This document shows, in pieces, positions 1 to 8,453 of a DNA stretch of 64,000 bases. Both the position numbers and the translations under genes were made by a program. Position 1 is the first letter of the stretch; each line of letters begins with the position of its first letter. The notes beneath the pieces were generated by a model. It did no database searches. It worked only from the letters and a program-made list of their open reading frames with translations, and was not told the DNA's origin. This DNA is from Acidobacteriota bacterium (GTDB taxonomy: Bacteria; Acidobacteriota; CAIWXX01), in assembly GCA_040755995.1 (NCBI GenBank), contig JBFMAF010000031.1, forward strand, positions 20,375 to 84,374. The letters run 5' to 3'.

Positions 1-164
1 TACGAGGCGAGCAGATCAGTGTACTCCTTGCGGAAAGATGGATCGTCCCAGGCATCGAGAAACGCCGCATCGAGCTCCAGCAGCGGCGCCATCAGCGTCT
101 CCGGCACGAATCGTCCCCCGAATGGGCCGTACTCGCGCGCGCGTTCGAGTAGCTCAGAATGCAT
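1..164 (-). CDS. trpB: Tryptophan synthase beta chain, first 54 codons only (runs off left edge)
   Basis: Reverse complement of 164..1 reads [54 protein letters not shown]. GxFGGxFVPE is the conserved TrpB N-terminus. It follows trpF in operon order and is absent from the ORF track because no stop lies in the window. Confidence 0.8.
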   Translation of the reverse strand, partial: MHSELLERAREYGPFGGRFVPETLMAPLLELDAAFLDAWDDPSFRKEYTDLLAS

Positions 165-846
165 GGTGGCCCTCCTTCCGTTGTGCACAACGAAACCCAT
201 CCATCGCGGCGGCGCAGAACGCGCGTATGCGCCCGGCGTCTTTCACCCCGGCGCGAGACTCGAGCCCGCTGGCGGCGTCCACACCTGCCGGAGCGCACGT
301 GGCGATCGCATCGGCAACGTTGTCGGGATTGAGGCCGCCTGCGATCACGAACGGCGCGCCCGCCGTGCGGGCCAGCTCCCACCGGAACGATCGTCCCGTC
401 CCGCCAGGGTGGTTCGGTGCGAACGAGTCGAGGAGCAGGACGTCGCCCCATGTCTGCCTGCCGATTGTCTCCGGACGAGCCGGCCGCGCCTCCACGATCC
501 CACAGCCACGCTCTGCCAGGCGCCGCCGAAGAGCCTCGCGTGGCGGCACGAGCATCTGCACGAAGGAGACCGGCAGGCTGGCGGCGAGTTCTTCGCTCGA
601 GAAGGAGCCGTCCACTACGATCAGCACCGGCACAAGGCGCATCTGCACGGCGACCAAGACCAGCGGTTGGACCCGCTCGAGCGGAACATACCTCGGGCTC
701 CGGCGCCACGTGTTGATCCCGACATGGGTGGCTCCCGCGCCGGCGCACGCTTCCAGATCCAAAAGGGTGCAAACGCCGCACACCTTGATCCAGGGCGAGG
801 TTCGAGACGGGGGCGTCGCCGCCGCGCGGCACCGCTGCGCGCTCAT
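154..846 (-). CDS. trpF: Phosphoribosylanthranilate isomerase
   Basis: 230-aa ORF with the IKVCG motif near the N-terminus and a C-terminal GGLNPDNV...GVDAASGLE pattern typical of TrpF. Its ATG overlaps the trpC stop as ATGA (843-846). Confidence 0.85.
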   Translation of the reverse strand: MSAQRCRAAATPPSRTSPWIKVCGVCTLLDLEACAGAGATHVGINTWRRSPRYVPLERVQPLVLVAVQMRLVPVLIVVDGSFSSEELAASLPVSFVQMLVPPREALRRRLAERGCGIVEARPARPETIGRQTWGDVLLLDSFAPNHPGGTGRSFRWELARTAGAPFVIAGGLNPDNVADAIATCAPAGVDAASGLESRAGVKDAGRIRAFCAAAMDGFRCAQRKEGHHAF

Positions 847-1673
847 TGCAGCACCGCCACTTCTGCGCGGCCGAGTGCTCGTCCGAACCCGCGCAGCATA
901 GACTCCGGATCGCTGGAGCGCATGAGTGCTTCGCCGATCAGGAAGCCGTGTGCCCCGGCATCCGCCAGCGCCCGCAGGTCAGCTTCGTCACGAATGCCGC
1001 TTTCGGCGATGGTCGCACTGCCGGGGGGAACCAATGGAGCGAGCGTTTTGACGGTGTCGAAGTCGACGTGGAACGTGTCGAGATCGCGCGAGTTGATCCC
1101 GATGACCCGGGCACCGCTCGCGACGGCATGACGCAGCTCGGGCTCGGAATGCACCTCGACCAGAGGCTCCAGGCCGAGGTCCAGAGCCCGCTCGACGTAG
1201 GCACCGAGGGCTTCGCCGAGGACGCGCGCGATCAGCAGCACCCAGCTGGCTCCGTCGTGCCGCGCCTGGACGAGTTGATAAGGATCGACGACGAAGTCCT
1301 TGCAGAGCACAGGCACTCGAACCGATCGAGCCACAGCTGCGACATCTTCGGACGAGCCACAGAAGTAGTCCGGCTCGCACAGGACGCTGATGGCGTCCGC
1401 GCCGCCGCGCTCGTAGGCGAGCGCTCGCTCGACGACATCCGCGTGTGCCGTAATCCGGCCACGGCTGGGCGAGGCTCTCTTTATTTCGGCGATGATGAAC
1501 CCGCAGCTCCGCACGATCCGCCCAACGGGACTGGACGGCCGGCCTGCGCGCTCGGGCAACCGCGCCGCCAGATGGTCGTACGGCACAAGCGCACGAGCTT
1601 TCTGCACGCGCTCTCGTCTTCTGGCAATGACTTGTTCAAGAAAGCCGTGCATCTTGTCTCTCCAACAGTGCAT
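843..1673 (-). CDS. trpC: Indole-3-glycerol phosphate synthase (true start may be M8 at 1652)
   Basis: FLEQVIARRRE..., IIAEIKRASPSRG, LCKDFVVDPYQ and INSRDL motifs match TrpC. It sits between trpD and trpF. Confidence 0.9.
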   Translation of the reverse strand: MHCWRDKMHGFLEQVIARRRERVQKARALVPYDHLAARLPERAGRPSSPVGRIVRSCGFIIAEIKRASPSRGRITAHADVVERALAYERGGADAISVLCEPDYFCGSSEDVAAVARSVRVPVLCKDFVVDPYQLVQARHDGASWVLLIARVLGEALGAYVERALDLGLEPLVEVHSEPELRHAVASGARVIGINSRDLDTFHVDFDTVKTLAPLVPPGSATIAESGIRDEADLRALADAGAHGFLIGEALMRSSDPESMLRGFGRALGRAEVAVLQ

Positions 1674-2655
1674 CGAAGAAACGCCCTACCTCGCCGCTCT
1701 CGATGGCATCCAGCGCGACTCCGGCCGCCTCTTTCAGCCCCTCGCATCTGCCGGCGATGCGCAGGGCAAGCGCAGCATTCGCGGCCACGGCGCGGCATAG
1801 CCCGCGGTCCGCGTGGCCTCGCAGGAGCGCTTCGAGCTGGGCAGCGTTGTGCGTAGCGTCGCCGCCGAGCACGTCCTCGCGCCGGCCGGCTGGAAGCCCG
1901 AAGTCGTCGTGGCCGAGATCGTACTGGTCGCGCCGTCCGTTTCGCAGCTCGATCACGTGCGTCGGTGCGCTGAGGATGACCTCGTCATAGCCGCCATCGG
2001 CGTGGACGATCATGGCACGCTCGCAGCCCAGCATCTCCATGCAGCCCGCCACGAGCGACATGCATTCGCGGCTGAAGACGCCGACCACCTGGCGCCGTAC
2101 GCCGGCGGGGTTGAGGAGCGGTCCCAGCAGGTTGAAAGCGGTGCGAACACCCATCGTTCGTCTCACCGCCGACATGTGGGCCATGGCCGGGTGGTATTTC
2201 GGAGCGAACAGGAATGCGAACCGATGCTCAGTGTACCTCGCGGCCGCCTCCGCCGGGTCCTCAGCGATGGGATAGCCGAGGGACTCGAGAAGATCGGCGG
2301 AGCCGCACGCGCTGGAGACGCCGCGATTGCCATGTTTTGCGACGTGCTGGCCGAGGGATGCCGTGGTAAGCGCCGCGGCGGTGCTCAGGTTGAACGTAGC
2401 ACGATTGTCCCCGCCGGTGCCGCACGTGTCCACTGCGTTCGGAGCGGGCGGGAACGGCTTCATCGACTCGCGGAAGGCCATGGCAAGGCCCGCGATCTCT
2501 TCGGCTGTTTCGCCCCGGGCCGCGAGGGCGCCGAGGAACGCCGCTGCCGCCACGGGCTCGGTGTTGCCGGACGCGAGCGATCGTCCTGCTTCCAGCGCCT
2601 CCTGCCTGGCCAGCACGCCGCCCGCGGCCACCTTCCTCAGGATGTCCCTAAACAT
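1636..2655 (-). CDS. trpD: Anthranilate phosphoribosyltransferase (start taken at MFRDILRKV, inside the 382-aa track ORF)
   Basis: GTGGDNRATFNLSTAAA and KHGNRGVSSACGSADLLESLG motifs. The chosen start overlaps the trpG stop by 8 nt. Confidence 0.9.
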   Translation of the reverse strand: MFRDILRKVAAGGVLARQEALEAGRSLASGNTEPVAAAAFLGALAARGETAEEIAGLAMAFRESMKPFPPAPNAVDTCGTGGDNRATFNLSTAAALTTASLGQHVAKHGNRGVSSACGSADLLESLGYPIAEDPAEAAARYTEHRFAFLFAPKYHPAMAHMSAVRRTMGVRTAFNLLGPLLNPAGVRRQVVGVFSRECMSLVAGCMEMLGCERAMIVHADGGYDEVILSAPTHVIELRNGRRDQYDLGHDDFGLPAGRREDVLGGDATHNAAQLEALLRGHADRGLCRAVAANAALALRIAGRCEGLKEAAGVALDAIESGEVGRFFDALLERQDARLS

Positions 2656-3232
2656 GCCGCACCGCCTGGCACATCGCGACGAAGTTGCCGCAAACACGTT
2701 CCCCTTCAGGCGTGAGGATGGATTCCGGGTGGAACTGCACGCCGTGACAGTGATGTGCTCGGTGCCGGAGCGCCATGATCTCACCGTCCGGTGTGGTGCC
2801 CTGCACTATCAGGCAGTCCGGCACGCAATCGGACAGCACTGCAAGCGAATGGTATCGGCCGGCCATGAACGGACTGGGGAGCCCCGAGAGAACGCCGGAC
2901 CCATCGTGCACGACGGGAGACGTCTTGCCGTGCATCGGCCGGGCGGCACGGTCCACCTTTGCGCCAAAAGCCTCGGCGATCGCCTGATGACCGAGGCAAA
3001 CGCCGAGAATCGGGATGCGGCCGGCGAAGTTCCGGACGACGCTCTTGCAGACACCGGCTTCCGCGGGAGTGCCCGGACCCGGGGAGAGCACGATTCCCGA
3101 AGGATCGAGCTCTTCGATCTCCTCTACACCGATCCCATCATTTCGCACGACTCGGACGGAGGGCTCGATCGCGCCGATCATTGAGACGAGATTGAACGTG
3201 AACGAATCGTAGTTGTCGATAAACAGAATCAT
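2648..3232 (-). CDS. trpG: Anthranilate synthase component II (glutamine amidotransferase)
   Basis: MILFIDNYDSFTFNLV start, GVCLGHQAI catalytic Cys motif and HGVQFHPESI. ATGA overlap with the trpE stop. Confidence 0.9.
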   Translation of the reverse strand: MILFIDNYDSFTFNLVSMIGAIEPSVRVVRNDGIGVEEIEELDPSGIVLSPGPGTPAEAGVCKSVVRNFAGRIPILGVCLGHQAIAEAFGAKVDRAARPMHGKTSPVVHDGSGVLSGLPSPFMAGRYHSLAVLSDCVPDCLIVQGTTPDGEIMALRHRAHHCHGVQFHPESILTPEGERVCGNFVAMCQAVRHV

Positions 3233-4707
3233 CGCTCACCTCCAAAGGCAGTTGACAGTTGTTGGTTGTCAGTTGTCAGAGGAGCCGGACGCGCATCATC
3301 GCCATGCAATGCAGCCAGAAGAGCGGCGGCTTTGTGGTGGATCTCGGCCCACTCGCTGTCCTCGTTCGAGTCCGCGACGATGCCGGCGCCCGATCTGAAG
3401 CGCACCGTCTCGCCTTCGAACTCCATCGAGCGGATCGCGATGCAGGTTTCGATGGTGCCCGACGCGTCGATAACTCCGACGGCACCTCCGTAGAGCCCCC
3501 GGTCCGCTCCTTCGAGCTCCGACAGCATCTGGACCGCGCGAATCTTCGGAGCGCCGCTGACCGTGCCGGCCGGAAAGGTGCTCCAGACGGCATCCAGCGG
3601 TGAACGATCGGGCGAGAGTCTGCCACGGACCTCCGAAGTCATGTGCATCACGTGCGAGAACCGCTCGATACGGCCACGCACCGGAACGGTGACCGAGCCG
3701 AAATCGCAGACGCGGCCGAGGTCGTTGCGGGCCAGGTCGACCAGCATGGCGTGCTCTGCGAGCTCCTTCGGATCGGCCCGCAGGTCGTCCTCGAGCGCCG
3801 CATCTTCTTGCGGCGTGGCGCCTCGCCGCCTCGTGCCCGCAATCGGAATCGTGGTGACCTCGCGGCCTTCGATCCGAACCAGCATCTCGGGGGAGGCTCC
3901 CAGCACCTGGCGGCCGGCCAGAGAGATGTAGAAATGGTATGGAGAGGGATTGAGCCGCCGCAGCCGGCGATAGACCGCGAACGGATCACCGCAGTAGCGG
4001 CCCTCGAACGGCTCGGACAGGACCACCTGGTAGGCATCCCCGGCCAGGATGGCCGACTGGACCGCGGCGAGATTGCGCGAAAACCGGTCTCGCTGCGGTC
4101 CTGCCAGCAGAGACCAGGAGCCGTCCGCCGGAACCGTTCGCACAGCACCCGCGATACACGTCTCCATTTCTCGCAGGTGGGAGCGGCATTCAGTCTCATC
4201 TTCGCCATCCAGCGGAATCCGGTAGAGGTACACTTCCTGGCACAAGTGATCGAACACCAATCCGGCCGAGAAGAGTCCGAAAACGATCCGCGGATTCCGG
4301 GCACCGGGGAACCCGGCCCTGAGAGCGGGCTCGAAGAGCCCGTACGATGCGAAGTCGAACCAACCTACGGCCCCGCCCAGAAAGGGGACTTGCCGCGGTG
4401 CGTCATGCCGGATGAAGCCTGCCGCCCACTGGGCCAGCGCGCCCTCTACGTCGCTCCCGAGACCCGTCACGCGCCCGTTCGCACGGAGAGATGCACCGTC
4501 TCCTGCCTCGAACAGCTCGATCGGCGCGAAGCCGAGAAACGAGTAGCGTGCTTGCGATTCGCCGCCGAAGACCGACTCGAGCAGGAATGCGTCGTCGCCG
4601 GGTTTCGTCAGTGCGAGGAATGCGCGGACGGGAGTGCCGAGGTCCACCGGGATGCGGAGCACCACGGGCGGCCGCATGCTCGTTGCTACAATCTCTTTCA
4701 CGTCCAT
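3229..4707 (-). CDS. trpE: Anthranilate synthase component I
   Basis: 492 aa with LLESV..GGE..RYSF near the N-terminus and a C-terminal chorismate-binding block (GTRRRG, DPKELAEHAMLVDLARNDLGRV, FPAGTVSGAPKIRA, GLYGGAVG). Confidence 0.93.
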   Translation of the reverse strand: MDVKEIVATSMRPPVVLRIPVDLGTPVRAFLALTKPGDDAFLLESVFGGESQARYSFLGFAPIELFEAGDGASLRANGRVTGLGSDVEGALAQWAAGFIRHDAPRQVPFLGGAVGWFDFASYGLFEPALRAGFPGARNPRIVFGLFSAGLVFDHLCQEVYLYRIPLDGEDETECRSHLREMETCIAGAVRTVPADGSWSLLAGPQRDRFSRNLAAVQSAILAGDAYQVVLSEPFEGRYCGDPFAVYRRLRRLNPSPYHFYISLAGRQVLGASPEMLVRIEGREVTTIPIAGTRRRGATPQEDAALEDDLRADPKELAEHAMLVDLARNDLGRVCDFGSVTVPVRGRIERFSHVMHMTSEVRGRLSPDRSPLDAVWSTFPAGTVSGAPKIRAVQMLSELEGADRGLYGGAVGVIDASGTIETCIAIRSMEFEGETVRFRSGAGIVADSNEDSEWAEIHHKAAALLAALHGDDARPAPLTTDNQQLSTAFGGER

Positions 4708-4721
4708 CTTCCCCCAGACAG

Positions 4722-4750
4722 AAAAAGGCCCACCGCAAGCGGTGGGCCGG
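4722..4750 (-). terminator. Intrinsic terminator / attenuator hairpin directly upstream of the trpE RBS
   Basis: Minus strand reads CC-GGCCCACC-GCTTGC-GGTGGGCC-TTTTTCTGTCT, followed by GGGGGAAG and the trpE ATG (4707). Confidence 0.6.
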
Positions 4751-4774
4751 TTTGCGCTCGCCTCTAGTTGCCGG

Positions 4775-4879
4775 CTACACGGTAGCTACCCGCGCGGGCG
4801 CACCCGGCCCTTGCCAGTACCAGAAGTACAGGACGAAGGCCACGGGGCTCGAATTGCGCGTCGCGGTGCTACCGATCAT
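4775..4879 (-). CDS. trpL: trp operon leader peptide, 34 aa, MIGSTATRNSSPVAFVLYFWYWQGPGAPARVATV
   Basis: Hand translation of the minus strand. There are two TGG codons (4822-4820, 4816-4814) in FWYW, and the stop lies 27 nt before the terminator hairpin. It is below the ORF-track length cutoff. Confidence 0.6.
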   Translation of the reverse strand: MIGSTATRNSSPVAFVLYFWYWQGPGAPARVATV

Positions 4880-4886
4880 CGCGCGT

Positions 4887-4915
4887 AATCTAAGACAGGC
4901 AAGGACGGTTGTCAA
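4887..4915 (-). promoter_or_regulatory. Sigma70-like promoter of the trp leader/operon
   Basis: Minus strand has TTGACA (4915-4910), a 17-nt spacer and TAGATT (4892-4887). The -10 box ends 7 nt before the leader ATG, implying a leaderless or near-leaderless transcript. Confidence 0.45.
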
Positions 4916-4916
4916 G

Positions 4917-4944
4917 GCAAAAGGCAAAGTGCAAGATGCAAAAG
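4917..4944. repeat. Heptamer tandem repeat x4 (GCAAAAG GCAAAGT GCAAGAT GCAAAAG)
   Basis: GCAA recurs at 4917, 4924, 4931 and 4938 (period 7). The array abuts the -35 of the trp promoter. Confidence 0.7.
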
Positions 4945-5019
4945 GGAAGGGCACAGTTGCAGTCCCATTCCTATCGGGTACATCGGGTACGAGAACACAT
5001 TCGGGCGCGCAGAGGTGTG

Positions 5020-5028
5020 TGATACAAT
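5020..5028 (+). promoter_or_regulatory. Possible extended -10 (TGATACAAT) for the ferredoxin gene
   Basis: TG-n-TACAAT lies 52 nt upstream of the 5080 ATG. No good -35 was seen. Confidence 0.3.
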
Positions 5029-5079
5029 CGCAGCGATGGAAGTGGGGCGGTCAGCCGCACTGTGTGAATGTGAGGGGAA

Positions 5080-5400
5080 ATGACCAAGTTTGAGCGCCAC
5101 GTCTTCATATGTACCAACCGCCGGCCGGATTGGGACCCGAAGGGTTCTTGTGCGAAGTCGGGCTCGGAGCTAGTTCTGGCCGCATTCAAGGAGGGGCTCT
5201 CCCGCAGAGCCCTGAACAACCGGATCCGGGCCAATGCCGCTGGCTGCCTCGACGCATGCGCCGACGGCCCTGCTGTGGTCGTGTATCCCGATGGAGTCTG
5301 GTACGGCAGAGTGCGGCCCGAGGACGTGGAGGAGATCATAGAGGAACACCTCGTGAAGGGGAAGCCCGTCGAGAGGCTGCGCATTGCGGAGTCGCTGTGA
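5080..5400 (+). CDS. Thioredoxin-like [2Fe-2S] ferredoxin
   Basis: 106 aa. HVFICTNRR...GSCA...AGCLDACADGPAVVVYPDGVWYG is the typical four-Cys pattern of this family. Confidence 0.8.
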   Translation: MTKFERHVFICTNRRPDWDPKGSCAKSGSELVLAAFKEGLSRRALNNRIRANAAGCLDACADGPAVVVYPDGVWYGRVRPEDVEEIIEEHLVKGKPVERLRIAESL

Positions 5401-5503
5401 CGGCCCGGCGGGCTCAAACGAGTCCGGCGTGCTGGAATGCGCGAGGCGAAGAGCGTGTTGCGATTGAGGCAGGTTTTCGGAGCGCAGCGTCATTGGCCGG
5501 AGT

Positions 5504-5582
5504 CCGTACCCATACCCCTTCCCGTACCCGTTCCCGATGCGGATCGGGTACGCGCACGGGTACGGGTACCGGCCTTCGGCCT
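5504..5582. repeat. Long interrupted hairpin built from GTACCC/GGGTAC units plus a small GGCC-TTC-GGCC hairpin
   Basis: CCCGAT(5533-38)/ATCGGG(5543-48), GTACCCG(5524-30)/CGGGTAC(5557-63) and GTACCC(5506-11)/GGGTAC(5564-69) pair. It lies downstream of the ferredoxin stop. Confidence 0.5.
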
Positions 5583-5668
5583 GGGCACGGCGTATGGGGT
5601 CATAATTCATCGATCTGAGGCGCCGCGTCGCCAGCACGTCTGGCTGAAGCCGGGCGATTAGGAGATCA

Positions 5669-6403
5669 ATGCAAGACGAAGAAAAAGCAGGACACGAGAA
5701 TCAGGAAAGGCGCCGGGCCGGGAGTCGCAGGCGCCGCCGGGGGGGTCGCCGGCACCGCAGGCGCCCGGTCCCGCAGGCCGAACCGCAGGCGCAGGAGGCT
5801 GCGGCGCCCGAAGAGGCTGTCGGTGTGGTCGAGCCGCTCTTGGTACCCGAGGAGGTAGTGGTCGAGCAGCCAATCGCCGTCGCCGCTCCAGCCGAGGAAC
5901 CCGCCGAGCCGGCTCCGGCGCCCACTGGAGGCCGGCGCATCGCGTGCGCGGTCGTTTCGGTGACCGAGACGCGCAACCCCAAGACCGACGTCAGCGGGCG
6001 GACCATGCGCACGCACCTGGGCAAAGCACCGTACCGTGTCAAGACCAACCGCATCGTCAAGGACCAGGCTGCCGACATCCGCAAGACGGTGCTCGAGCTG
6101 CTTAACGACGACGACCTCAAGGTGATTCTGTTCACGGGCGGGACCGGCATCGGCGTGCGGGACCATACCCTCGAGGTGATCGAGACGGTACTGGAGAAGG
6201 AGATCCCCGGGTTTGGAGAGACCTTCCGGCAGCTCTCGTATCAGGAGGTTGGCCCCGCCGCCATTCTGGGCCGCGCCCTGGCAGGCGTGGCCCGCCAGAA
6301 GTTCATCGCTTGCCTGCCGGGCTCGCCGCAGGCCGTGCGCCTTGCGATGGAGCGTATCCTCGCACCCGAGCTGCCCCACATTGTGGAGATGCTTGACCGG
6401 TGA
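5669..6403 (+). CDS. moaB: Molybdenum cofactor biosynthesis protein B (MoaB/MogA fold) with an about 90-aa Arg- then Pro/Glu/Ala-rich N-terminal extension; start uncertain
   Basis: The core from about aa 95 reads VSVTETR...FTGGTGIGVRDHT...PGFGETFRQLSY...ACLPGSPQAVRLA. Confidence 0.7.
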   Translation: MQDEEKAGHENQERRRAGSRRRRRGGRRHRRRPVPQAEPQAQEAAAPEEAVGVVEPLLVPEEVVVEQPIAVAAPAEEPAEPAPAPTGGRRIACAVVSVTETRNPKTDVSGRTMRTHLGKAPYRVKTNRIVKDQAADIRKTVLELLNDDDLKVILFTGGTGIGVRDHTLEVIETVLEKEIPGFGETFRQLSYQEVGPAAILGRALAGVARQKFIACLPGSPQAVRLAMERILAPELPHIVEMLDR

Positions 6404-6417
6404 GCGGATGGATCTTG

Positions 6418-6443
6418 GATTTCAGATTTCAGATTTCAGATTT
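6418..6443. repeat. Heptamer tandem repeat (GATTTCA x3 perfect, plus a partial fourth copy)
   Basis: GATTTCAGATTTCAGATTTCAGATTT, lying between the moaB stop and the next gene. Confidence 0.85.
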
Positions 6444-6572
6444 GGTGGTGGAGGTTGGGGCGGAGGTCTGATACCGTCGACGCTGCCGGCCCGAGGGGCT
6501 GAACGCCGGGTCCACCGCGTAATTTCGAAGCTCGAGGTTTGGCATCCGAGATTCCGATCTGGAGTCGAGTGA

Positions 6573-8216
6573 TTGTCTCGTAGGGACATCTGGATCGCCA
6601 TCATCCTCGGGGCTCTTGCGATCGTTCTGGGGACGCTGGGGAGTGCGAGGTCGATCCCGGAGGTGGTCGAGCCGGCGCTGGAGCCGCACTACCTGCCCGA
6701 GTCGTGGGAGCCTGATGACGACAACGGGATAGACGACGCCCTTCGATTCCTCCGCAATGGCACGCTGCGCCCGGCGGATTTCATCGAGGCAGGCTTCCCG
6801 AAGTACTATGTCGCGATCGTGTACGCGGCTGTCTATCGAACGTCGGGGCGGGATCTGGACGCACTCTACGCGGGCAATCCCGGCGCATTCGTGCGTGAGG
6901 CATACGTCACAGGCTTTGCGGTCTCGGCCCTCTTCTTCGCGCTGGCCGTCGTCTTTGTCTACCTCACGGCCCGGCGCTGCTGTACCGCCTTCGCCTCGCT
7001 TTGCGCCGCACTGCTCGTTGCACTCAACTCCGGCATCGTCACGCACGCGCACTTCGCCGTGTTCGATGTTCATTTGCTGTTCTTCGAGGCGCTTCTCTTC
7101 TTCCTCATTGTTCGTGGGTCATCGCCCGTGCGCCAGGCAGTCGCCGCGGGCCTGATGGCTGCGACAAAGTACACGGGTCTGCTGTTGTTCCCGATCATCC
7201 CCGGCGTTGTCTGTGCGCGCACGGGGACCCGGCCTCACGCCCGGTCGCTCGCGCTCTGGGTACTGGCTGTGGGTGTAACGTTCTTCGTGCTCAACCCCTA
7301 CGCTCTCATCGAGCTCCCTCGCTTCGTCCACGATCTCGGCGTCATCTACTTCACGCGATCGATGTTCAAGGGATTTCAGGGTACGTCGCTGGCCTTCTCG
7401 ACCCATCTGGTCAACCTGTCACAGACCGGCCTGTTCTTCGCTGTCGCGTCACTGGCAGCTCTCGGATCAGCGCTCCTCACGAAGCGGCGTTCGGAGCTGC
7501 AGACATCGGGCCTGATCGGGTTCTTCACGATCTACCTGCTGACCGGCTGGAGTCGCCAGAACGCCATGCGGTTCTCTCTGCCGCTCTGCCTGCCGCTCGC
7601 CCTCCTGGCCGCGCCATTCGTCGACAGGCTGATGGGAAAGACACGGCGCTGGACTCGCGCGATCATGTGCCTTGGGCTGCTCTGGTCGTTCGCCGAATGT
7701 TGCGAGACCGTCTCGATGTTCTACCGGGATTCGCGTATCCAGGCCCGGTCGCTGGTTGATCAGAAAGGTTATCGTACGGTTGGCAGCCTTGGGCGGATGG
7801 CATACGTTCAGCCTGCGATCCCGGTCGGGTCGCTGCGACAGCTCCGGCTGGGGCAGCCGGCACCGAAGCAGCCGGACCTCTACTATCGCGCGCAGGCGCT
7901 CTACCGCAGGATCCGGGGTCTGCCTCCGGCGGAGACCCCACCTGTTCGGGATTCGACGATGGACTACTACTCGGCGAATCGTGATGCCCTGGACGCCGCT
8001 GCGCCGGATGCGCTCGTGCTCAGCTCCTTCGACGTCCTCCGGTACTTCTCACAGCCCGCCGCCTACCCGCAGACTACGCGCTTCCTGCAGGATCTGACCA
8101 CCGGCAAGCTGGGCTACCGCCTGGTCGCGAGATTTCAGACAAGGACCTACCTCATCCGTCACGTCGAGTTCCTCAACCCCGAGATTCTAGTCCTCGAACG
8201 ACAGAAAGATCCTTGA
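6573..8216 (+). CDS. Polytopic membrane protein, GT-C fold glycosyltransferase-like (GT39/ArnT/PMT_2-like)
   Basis: 547 aa with a TTG start and about 10 hydrophobic segments. An AATKYTGLLLFP-type loop and a soluble C-terminal domain follow the general layout of ArnT/PMT-like enzymes. Confidence 0.55.
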   Translation: MSRRDIWIAIILGALAIVLGTLGSARSIPEVVEPALEPHYLPESWEPDDDNGIDDALRFLRNGTLRPADFIEAGFPKYYVAIVYAAVYRTSGRDLDALYAGNPGAFVREAYVTGFAVSALFFALAVVFVYLTARRCCTAFASLCAALLVALNSGIVTHAHFAVFDVHLLFFEALLFFLIVRGSSPVRQAVAAGLMAATKYTGLLLFPIIPGVVCARTGTRPHARSLALWVLAVGVTFFVLNPYALIELPRFVHDLGVIYFTRSMFKGFQGTSLAFSTHLVNLSQTGLFFAVASLAALGSALLTKRRSELQTSGLIGFFTIYLLTGWSRQNAMRFSLPLCLPLALLAAPFVDRLMGKTRRWTRAIMCLGLLWSFAECCETVSMFYRDSRIQARSLVDQKGYRTVGSLGRMAYVQPAIPVGSLRQLRLGQPAPKQPDLYYRAQALYRRIRGLPPAETPPVRDSTMDYYSANRDALDAAAPDALVLSSFDVLRYFSQPAAYPQTTRFLQDLTTGKLGYRLVARFQTRTYLIRHVEFLNPEILVLERQKDP

Positions 8217-8453
8217 TCGATCCGGGCATTGCCCCCCTGGGCTGTTGTGAATCAGGAAACCCAGGGCCGTATGAACTTGAAAAGCAAACTTCTTGGCCGC
8301 CGAAATGGTGGTTTTTCGGTGGGATTTACGGGGGATCGGGTTGAGGATGCCCAGACTAGCGCCCTGGCTGACTTGATTTCGGCGGCTCGCACTCCGGCAG
8401 GACTCGGGCGTCCAACACACGCGGGGCCGCGCCGCCGTCGCGGCGGACCCGCC

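Noticed and set aside
19-1131. 370-aa plus-strand ORF (and 38..901) overlapping trpF/trpC
   Set aside because: It is antisense to genes with unmistakable Trp-pathway motifs. The translation is Arg/Ala/Pro/Ser-rich low complexity typical of shadow ORFs in GC-rich DNA. The same reasoning applies to 846..1856, 1813..2715, 3643..4767, 5666..6379, 9115..10113, 10737..11408, 12141..13034, 20663..22273, 23241..24041, 24170..25177, 36137..36991, 40972..42063, 42865..43899, 49097..50464, 49746..50690, 51933..53012, 54544..55731, 56126..57046, 57768..58880 and similar.
5401-5668. Moco riboswitch upstream of moaB
   Set aside because: I could not recognise the conserved Moco-motif elements. The region is instead dominated by the GTACCC/GGGTAC hairpin, which lies right after the ferredoxin stop.
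8233-8453. Hairpins in the convergent gap between the GT-C gene and the permease gene (CCCTGGG...CCCAGGG, CCGCCGAAA...TTTCGGTGG, CCGCCG-TCG-CGGCGG) as a small RNA
   Set aside because: They are most simply read as terminators for the two convergent genes. No promoter or conserved motif supports an sRNA.
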